Shown: positions 6,745 through 12,784 of the stretch, piece after piece
Layout of the letters: every line of letters begins with the position of its first letter
Numbering within the stretch: position 1 is the first letter of the stretch
Source of the DNA: a virus
Lineage: Duplodnaviria; Heunggongvirae; Uroviricota; Caudoviricetes
Direction: 5' to 3' (one strand)
Virus record (IMG/VR): IMGVR_UViG_3300016467_000502
Span: 1-12,784 of that record
Length of the DNA stretch: 12,784 bases
Program-made: the position numbers and the translations under genes
Notes under the pieces: model-generated
The model's input: the letters and a program-made list of their open reading frames with translations, nothing else
Told to the model about the DNA's origin: nothing
The model's database searches: none

Positions 6745-7757
6745 TAGTTATTCCACATTTTCTCTACGTTCTTGGTGAGGTCTGTAAGGATCTCTTCGTT
6801 CAAAGGATTCTTCAGGTACTCTACCACATCTGACGGGTTTCTGCCAATCATTGCTGCGCTCTTCATGTGGTAGATAAAACCATCACCACGAGTAGCAATG
6901 AACTTGTACAGACTTGCGTCCTTGACAATCGCACGCAACTTCAGGGTTTCCATATCCAGACCGTTTACGTCCAGGAAGCGCTGAGCTGTTTTCTTCTTGT
7001 CCTTCTCAACTGTCTCACCGTTGATGTACTTATCCATGTTATCATAGAGCACATCAAGCGGGGTAGTCTTGCGGTACTGTGTAGAGTTAGGATCAACAAT
7101 CTTACACACGTAGAACAGCTTGTTGGCGTTCTTGTCAAATAACTTCTGCAATTCAGCCAAAGCCTTGTTGCGTAATTTCTTCACTTCAGTTCTGATAGAA
7201 GCAGTCTCCTCAAACTTATCCAGGTAGAATTTTACACCGGGGGTTCTGCGAGCTTGTTCTAAACTTGCAGCAATCAATGAGAACCCTCCTGCTTCAATGG
7301 CCTTCATCTTAATGAGGTCATATGCATCCTTCACTGGATCTAAAAACACAGGTTCATTTCCCATGCGTATCACAATCTTCTCCCAGAACTTTTCATTATC
7401 TGGTCTAAGCAATTTCACCTTGTTCCAGAATTCAGGATCTTTAGGATCAATCACGTTGGCTGCTAAATCTTTTTCCAGCTGTGCCACGGTGATACGAATC
7501 TGCTTGATCTGTGCTTCGCGCTCATCTTCTTCCAAATCTTTGAGCTCAGGAGCAAACTCGTTTAATCCTGTGACGTAACGGTTGATACCGTTTACTGACA
7601 GACAGATCAAAGGTTCTTCATGGAAACAGTTTTCAAACAGTGCCATGTTGTAACGCTGCAGACCCATGTTGTCTGCTGAATTGTCTACAAAGGGTCGGAT
7701 GCTCACTTGCGCGCCCGTCTTCAATGAGTTGTGTTTCTCAATCAAAGTAACTTCCAT
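6744..7757 (-). CDS. Conserved hypothetical protein following MCP (crAss-like capsid-module gene); probable start ATG 7757 (337 aa)
   Basis: The track starts at 7796, but that extension is translated A-rich leader (KKKTNQLKNL). ATG 7757 follows a 27-nt G-free leader like those of the other genes. The protein is helical and charged. Confidence 0.7.
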   Translation of the reverse strand: MEVTLIEKHNSLKTGAQVSIRPFVDNSADNMGLQRYNMALFENCFHEEPLICLSVNGINRYVTGLNEFAPELKDLEEDEREAQIKQIRITVAQLEKDLAANVIDPKDPEFWNKVKLLRPDNEKFWEKIVIRMGNEPVFLDPVKDAYDLIKMKAIEAGGFSLIAASLEQARRTPGVKFYLDKFEETASIRTEVKKLRNKALAELQKLFDKNANKLFYVCKIVDPNSTQYRKTTPLDVLYDNMDKYINGETVEKDKKKTAQRFLDVNGLDMETLKLRAIVKDASLYKFIATRGDGFIYHMKSAAMIGRNPSDVVEYLKNPLNEEILTDLTKNVEKMWNN

Positions 7758-7796
7758 AAGGTTTTTAAGTTGGTTTGTTTTTTTCTTCTGCAACAT

Positions 7797-7960
7797 TGGT
7801 CAGCTTTCGCTTCAAGCTCCTGAACCACGTCACGGTTGTTGCTTCTCAGGAGTACCTGGCTTTCGCCAGGCGGGGCCGTACATTACTCATGCACGGAGGG
7901 AGGTGGTCATAAGTTAGCCTGCAAATACCAGGAGGATTTTAATGCCCTCCTGGTTTGCAG
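7797..7960 (-). ncRNA. Candidate structured RNA / multi-hairpin mRNA element between MCP and the next gene
   Basis: Five consecutive stem-loops on the minus strand: 7919-7960 (15 bp, 2-nt bulge), 7876-7896 (8 bp, GAGUA loop), 7855-7870 (6 bp, GAAA loop), 7817-7852 (7-bp closing stem) and 7802-7811 (3 bp, GAAA loop). No family recognised. Confidence 0.55.
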
Positions 7961-7977
7961 AATTACCTTCAGGGTTC

Positions 7978-9636
7978 TTAGAATGAACCTCCAGTGATGG
8001 GGTTGCGCATCACAATCTTTAGAACTTTGGTTGGGTCCTTAACCCAGATAGAAGGCATCATCTGAGTCATGAATACACGGTAACCGTTAAAGTTACCTAC
8101 AGAGGCAAACCCTTGAGAGCGACCCATGTAGTCCATAGTACCGTTTTGATAGAACCACTTCAACTCACTGTCCCACTTCAACTTCAACAAGAAGATGTTG
8201 TCGTTAGTGTTGTCAGTGATGTCGAACACGATGTAGTTGTAAGAAGACAATGGGAAACCGTCGATGATTGGGTTTTCCACGTCGCTAGTGTGTACGTTGT
8301 CAAATGCAGGGTTCAACACGAATTTCACGTTAGCCAAGAATGGGATGGTGTAGCTTGTGAACGCAAAACCAAAGTTCAGGTCCATAGCATTGTTACCAGA
8401 GATGGCACCAATACCGTTCTTAGACATATCTGTGAACAACGAGTTGTTCTGAGTAGTGCTTGCTCCAGCGATGTTGAAAGCCTCCTGCTTAATAGCCTCG
8501 TTAACCATACGCATACCGGCCATACCAGTTTGAACGATGATTTGACGAGAAGGATCTGGTCCTTTGAAGTCAACCTTACCGTTGTAGAAGTTGAAGATCT
8601 CAGAGCGGAACAATTCCAAAGAGAAACCGTTCTTGTTGTAGATACGCTTGAACGAGTTGTCCAATTGATCCCACAAACCTACAGACAAACGAATATCGTC
8701 TGGTCCGTCTTGCTTGATTCTTCCACCCTTACCCCACATCAGGTAAGTTTCAATGTCGTTGGCAATCTTGCTCAAGTGAGCAGCTTCCATCTTTGTAACG
8801 AATGTTCTGGTCAAAGAACCATTGTCATACGCTTTCTTGATGTAGTCTTTACCCAACTTAGATACCATAGCATCAATGTTGGTCAAAGAAGGATCGTTTG
8901 CAATGTTAGCATCAAATGAGCGCCAGATCTCAGTTACAGGAACTGTACCGTCAGCGTTCATACCGCCTTTCATCATCATTTCTGCACGGCTAGATACAGA
9001 GTAGTGTACGTTAGCTTCAGCTCCACCTACGAAGTTGTAGTACTCACGGAAGCCAGCGTTCAATTCTCCGATGTCAGAGAACTTCTCACCATACTCTCCA
9101 CGAGCAGAACCTTTGCGGAAGAACTTAGTACCAGGCTTCAAATACTTTCCAGTATCTAAACCAGTGTCATTGCTGTTGTTCACTAACTGCACAGTATAGA
9201 TGAAACCATCTCCTGCAGGAAGGATGTCATCAGCTGTAACGAACAATTCCAATCCTTTGAACTTGTCGTAAGTGATGATGTCGTTGTGACCAAATGCGCG
9301 CTTGCTCAATTTGATCTTGAAATTGGTACCGTCTTGTCCTACGGTGCCTGACTCGATGTTCTCGACTACATAAGGAAGATCCTGTACGATAGGAGTCTGC
9401 CACTTGTACTCGCCACGAGCGTTGTCTACTAAAATGGTGTTTTTACCACCGAATGACGCCATCTGATAAAGAGGCATCTCTACCTTTTGAGACATGGCCC
9501 ATAAATCAACTGGACCTAAATCCATAGGTTCAGTGTTTTTGAGCATGTTCACCAAATGGTAGCTGTCCACGTGAGAGCTAACTTTGTAGTTAGTGTCTCT
9601 CAGGAACAAACCATTGTTTAAAACTGGTGTTGACAT
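7978..9636 (-). CDS. Major capsid protein (large HK97-fold, crAss-like type)
   Basis: 552 aa, directly downstream of portal and scaffold. Strong bias toward AAC/TAC/TTC/ATC codons suggests high expression. The C-terminus (GYRVFMTQMMPSIWVKDPTKVLKI) resembles crAss-like MCP ends. No Cys. Confidence 0.85.
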   Translation of the reverse strand: MSTPVLNNGLFLRDTNYKVSSHVDSYHLVNMLKNTEPMDLGPVDLWAMSQKVEMPLYQMASFGGKNTILVDNARGEYKWQTPIVQDLPYVVENIESGTVGQDGTNFKIKLSKRAFGHNDIITYDKFKGLELFVTADDILPAGDGFIYTVQLVNNSNDTGLDTGKYLKPGTKFFRKGSARGEYGEKFSDIGELNAGFREYYNFVGGAEANVHYSVSSRAEMMMKGGMNADGTVPVTEIWRSFDANIANDPSLTNIDAMVSKLGKDYIKKAYDNGSLTRTFVTKMEAAHLSKIANDIETYLMWGKGGRIKQDGPDDIRLSVGLWDQLDNSFKRIYNKNGFSLELFRSEIFNFYNGKVDFKGPDPSRQIIVQTGMAGMRMVNEAIKQEAFNIAGASTTQNNSLFTDMSKNGIGAISGNNAMDLNFGFAFTSYTIPFLANVKFVLNPAFDNVHTSDVENPIIDGFPLSSYNYIVFDITDNTNDNIFLLKLKWDSELKWFYQNGTMDYMGRSQGFASVGNFNGYRVFMTQMMPSIWVKDPTKVLKIVMRNPITGGSF

Positions 9637-9677
9637 AGTTTGGGTTTGGGATTAAGTGTTAGTATAGGTTGTAAATC

Positions 9678-10934
9678 TTATCTCTTAAAAATGTTTGCAG
9701 GCTGTTGTCTTGTGATTCTGCGTTGTGCCGGTTTAGTTGGCTCATCATCGTCATCCTTTACAGAAGAGCTTAACTTGCGTGCCTCCTCTGTTTTCAGCTT
9801 GCGTGCAGTATCCTGTACAACTTCGTTCTTTGCCTGGCGACGAACATTTTCTTTGTAGTCGTCTGGATCAGAAAGCAGCCAAAGGGTTTCTGCAATCAGG
9901 TCGTAGCGTGGTTCCTTTCCAAACTGGTAGTCCTCTAAGAGTCTTCCCAGTAAATTCGTAGGCCGTCCTGTGATAGAGTTATACTTTACAGTAGTCAACT
10001 CGTCCCACAAAAACTTCTGACGCTTTGCATCTATTTTTACTCCATTCAGTTCTCCTGGCTTGAGCGTATGATAGATGTTGTTCATGAACTGCTCTTTCTG
10101 TTGCTGCTGTTGCATACGGAACTGCTCTTGCTGTGCAAGCTTGGCCTGCACAATTTCTTCTTGCTTCTGGTCTAACTTGGGTTTAAACTGCTGTGCTTTT
10201 TTGCCCAGGGTTCCCATTTCAGTCCATTCCTGAATTTGATCTTCAATCAAATCCTGGTCACCATTTCCAAAGTTTGTAGCCTGTAGGTACTGGCGTACAA
10301 TTAATTCTTGGTGATCACCGTTGCTTACGTCCAGGCTGCGAACCTCTTCTACAGCAGCAAGTGCTCTGAAAAGACCTTTCATATCCTGGCCACCGCGTGC
10401 CACATATTCAGCTGCATACTTGAGTTCATCAGGTAATGCTTCAAAGAACTCTTTTGGAGTCTGCTCACGGATCGCTTTCTCGCGCTCCTCAATATTGGCT
10501 TGGATTAACTCCTTCCAATCTTTCATTGAGTAGTCCTCCATCGGCTTGTCCTCATCAAAGGGGAATATCACTCCCTCTTCCATAAGTTTGGTGAACGTTT
10601 CCACCATACCGCTTTTATCAATTTTCTTGCGTCCTGGTTTACTGTTAGCTGCATCATCATCTGCACCTTCCAGCTCCTCATCAAGAGCAGCAAGTGTCTT
10701 TTGTACGTCAATAGGCTTCTTCTTACCCTCTGCATCATCATCTCCATCATCAGCATTGCTGTCCTCAAGGAAACTTAAATCTGCAGGTTTAGCCTTGCTT
10801 GTGAACACCGAAGGTTTATCATCTTGATCCTCGTCAGCAGTCACAATGCTATCAGCACCGGGCATCGGCAAAAAATCGTCAATGCTGTCAATAGTTACAC
10901 TATCCGTGCTGGTGTTATCTCCTGGTTTGCTCAT
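9678..10934 (-). CDS. Putative scaffolding/capsid assembly protein
   Basis: 418 aa between portal and MCP. Acidic, disordered N-terminus, Gln-rich coiled coil (QQEQFRMQQQQQKEQ), and a basic C-terminal tail (KPAQRRITRQQPANIFKR) typical of scaffold coat-binding ends. Confidence 0.7.
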   Translation of the reverse strand: MSKPGDNTSTDSVTIDSIDDFLPMPGADSIVTADEDQDDKPSVFTSKAKPADLSFLEDSNADDGDDDAEGKKKPIDVQKTLAALDEELEGADDDAANSKPGRKKIDKSGMVETFTKLMEEGVIFPFDEDKPMEDYSMKDWKELIQANIEEREKAIREQTPKEFFEALPDELKYAAEYVARGGQDMKGLFRALAAVEEVRSLDVSNGDHQELIVRQYLQATNFGNGDQDLIEDQIQEWTEMGTLGKKAQQFKPKLDQKQEEIVQAKLAQQEQFRMQQQQQKEQFMNNIYHTLKPGELNGVKIDAKRQKFLWDELTTVKYNSITGRPTNLLGRLLEDYQFGKEPRYDLIAETLWLLSDPDDYKENVRRQAKNEVVQDTARKLKTEEARKLSSSVKDDDDEPTKPAQRRITRQQPANIFKR

Positions 10935-11043
10935 AATTGGTTTTTGTTGGTTAGATCTTCATATATAATCTACAAGAATAAACCTGTAGAATTTACATCT
11001 TGGAGAGGTAAACACTACATTTTACGCACTATATCGCTAAGGC
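10935..11043 (-). promoter_or_regulatory. AT-rich intergenic region, candidate internal late promoter
   Basis: 109-nt gap. It shares TGTAAATTCT and TTGTAGA (minus strand) with the 3967-4020 gap, and has an inverted repeat at 10969-10990. Confidence 0.35.
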
Positions 11044-12783
11044 TTATTCCTTGTCGTACTTGTTCTTGTTAGTTTGAGCTACTTGGAGTTGCTTGTCAGC
11101 AATTCGTTCACGACTGCGAAGCTCTTCGCGCTGAAGGGTAAGTTTCTGCTGCTCAGTCATTTGCTTGTTTAAATCACGCTCACGTGCCATAGCCTGGTCA
11201 CGATCCTGAGCGTTCTTCTTATCCAAGTATTCAAGTGTTTTGATGTAGTCAGTTTGGCCATCCTTGTCAGCATCCATCATTGCAGTATACCCTGCAGAGC
11301 GAATCTCAGCCACGCGGATATCCTTTTCACGATCAAGGGCACGCTGCTCAGCTTGTGCTTTAAGCAATGCGTCTTGACGTTCTGATTCAGCTTGCTGCTT
11401 CATCTTTTCAGTCTCCTGCATTGATTGCATTTCTTGTTGCTTGGCCTGTGCTACTTTTTCTTCGATGCTCTTCATGGTATGCGTAATCTCTGCCAGAGAG
11501 TCCGCTTTGAGGATATTACCCAAATCATAGATTGATGCACCAGCGGTGTTATTATTCATGGCAAGACCACGAATCTGTTCCATAATCTGGCGCTGATTAA
11601 CCTTGGTAGAAGTAAATACGTTCAACTCGCGACTCAGAAGTTCTGTACCATTAATTTGGAAGTTGACCTTCTCATCCATGGAGGTGATATACTGTAATCT
11701 TAGCGAAGGTCTTGTAGAATGATAGTACTGAGCAAGATCTGTACGCATCTGGTGAACACGAGGCATCAGATATTCTGAATGCTGTATAAAGTACATTTCT
11801 GTCTGAGAATAACTGGCGTTCATGGCTTGTTGCACACCTGTCGCTGTTTCCTGTGCAATAACCTGTCCCATACGTTGAGGGTTGATACCGATTGTTTCAA
11901 AGGCTTGGCTTTTAAAATAATTAGCCAACTGTATCCTAGACATCAGACGATTAGTCTGTTCAAGATTGAGCGTTTGATAATGTTGGAAATTGAGTGCGTT
12001 CTCAGTGTTTGTGATAGACGTATCCAGAGGTAACATCTGGAAGTTCTTCATCGCCACATATGTTTTGGCAAACTGATCATGTCCCCAGTCTTCCCCCATT
12101 GAATGCTTGGGAAGTGCGTTCTGGTCAATCATGATTACTGTACCAAGTTCATCTACAAGAATATCTGCAATCTGGTTGTTAACCAAGTTGTATCCAATCT
12201 GATAAGGTTTCATTTTGTCTACCAGGGATGCGCTCTTGGTGTTACGGTCTGAAAACACAGATCCTTCGACAGGCAGCTTACATCCGTAGATGCTGAAGTC
12301 TCCTTTAAATTGGAATCTTACTGGTTTAAGATTTAAGTACAAAGGTTGAAATCCGTTAGCGTCAACGTTTCCGTAGAAGCTAGGTCTATTAGGTCCAATC
12401 TTGATACCACCCCATACTTCATTGATCCAGATCCAGTCAACGTGCTCACCGTAAATCAACGTCTCACGAGATTTCTTTTTCATTACAGAAGTGTCATAAA
12501 TTGCTTTCTCTGTAATCTTGTAGTTCTCGTCAACAATCATGTCAACAATGATACCGTCATCACCTATTCTGCTCATATGTCCTACCATTCGCTGACTTTT
12601 CCAGTAAGCTGTGGTCACGCGAAGCAGATTCATATTTGACAAATCTGAAAGATCTTCAGATTCGTTAAGAATTCTAAAAAGAACGTCATCGCCTGTGCTG
12701 ACAAAAGTATCTCTAGCACTTAAGAATTGACGCATTCCCAATGATGGACCTTGTGTGTTCCATTCATGAGAGCGGGTAGCATC
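11044..12783 (-). CDS. Portal protein, 5'-truncated (crAss-like, long C-terminal coiled-coil barrel)
   Basis: The frame stays open past the track's TTG start to the window edge (DATRSHEWNTQGPSLGMRQF...). Portal-like motifs include WINEVWGGIKIG, SLVDKMKPYQIGYN and GINPQRMGQV. It has a long Gln/Glu/Lys coiled-coil C-terminus and lies upstream of scaffold and MCP. Confidence 0.85.
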   Translation of the reverse strand, partial: DATRSHEWNTQGPSLGMRQFLSARDTFVSTGDDVLFRILNESEDLSDLSNMNLLRVTTAYWKSQRMVGHMSRIGDDGIIVDMIVDENYKITEKAIYDTSVMKKKSRETLIYGEHVDWIWINEVWGGIKIGPNRPSFYGNVDANGFQPLYLNLKPVRFQFKGDFSIYGCKLPVEGSVFSDRNTKSASLVDKMKPYQIGYNLVNNQIADILVDELGTVIMIDQNALPKHSMGEDWGHDQFAKTYVAMKNFQMLPLDTSITNTENALNFQHYQTLNLEQTNRLMSRIQLANYFKSQAFETIGINPQRMGQVIAQETATGVQQAMNASYSQTEMYFIQHSEYLMPRVHQMRTDLAQYYHSTRPSLRLQYITSMDEKVNFQINGTELLSRELNVFTSTKVNQRQIMEQIRGLAMNNNTAGASIYDLGNILKADSLAEITHTMKSIEEKVAQAKQQEMQSMQETEKMKQQAESERQDALLKAQAEQRALDREKDIRVAEIRSAGYTAMMDADKDGQTDYIKTLEYLDKKNAQDRDQAMARERDLNKQMTEQQKLTLQREELRSRERIADKQLQVAQTNKNKYDKE

Positions 12784-12784
12784 A

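Noticed and set aside
7758-7796. ATG 7796 as the start of the 350-aa ORF
   Set aside because: The extra 13 codons are the A-rich leader and abut the structured element. ATG 7757 fits the leader pattern of the other genes.
7666-7917. 83-aa plus-strand ORF crossing the structured intergenic region
   Set aside because: It is antisense to the operon and overlaps a real gene, with no coding-like composition.
7797-7960. Known RNA classes for the structured element (hammerhead ribozyme, group II intron domain V, SRP RNA, tRNA, terminator)
   Set aside because: CUGAGAA does not match the hammerhead CUGANGA core. The CCGUGCAU/AUGUACGG stem lacks the domain V catalytic triad and bulge. There is no SRP internal loop, no cloverleaf and no U-tract.
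8113-8919. 268-aa plus-strand ORF, and other plus-strand ORFs such as 125-460, 1045-1371, 6076-6396, 10546-10827 and 12346-12639
   Set aside because: They are antisense shadows of strongly codon-biased minus-strand genes. They have no recognisable motifs or leaders, and all credible genes are co-oriented on the minus strand.
12739-12741. TTG start of the portal given by the track
   Set aside because: The frame is open upstream to the window edge, so the real start lies outside the window.
1-12784. Stop-codon reassignment (TAG or TGA recoding, known in some crAss-like phages)
   Set aside because: All long genes are intact under code 11, with nine TAA and two TGA stops and no gene broken by an in-frame TAG or TGA. 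TAG is never used as a stop here, but that alone does not show recoding.

Overview
The window holds the virion-assembly (late) module of a tailed dsDNA phage, and every credible gene is on the minus strand. In transcription order: portal (5'-truncated at the right edge), acidic scaffold-like protein, 552-aa major capsid protein, a ~140-nt structured intergenic element, a conserved post-capsid protein, a ring/adaptor-like protein, a Dps/ferritin-like protein, a 487-aa auxiliary-capsid-like protein and a Rho-independent terminator. A Cys-rich cluster follows: 187, 55, 76 and 526 aa, then a collagen-repeat fibre that runs off the left edge. The 55-aa gene and the collagen gene are missing from the ORF track. 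Gene order and protein motifs resemble crAss-like (Crassvirales-related) phages, and the G-poor, SD-less leaders point to a Bacteroidota host. Both assignments come from pattern recognition, not database searches. The most interesting signals are the multi-hairpin RNA after the capsid gene, the Dps-like gene coupled inside the head-tail operon, and a sharp switch from Cys-free head proteins to Cys-rich distal proteins.
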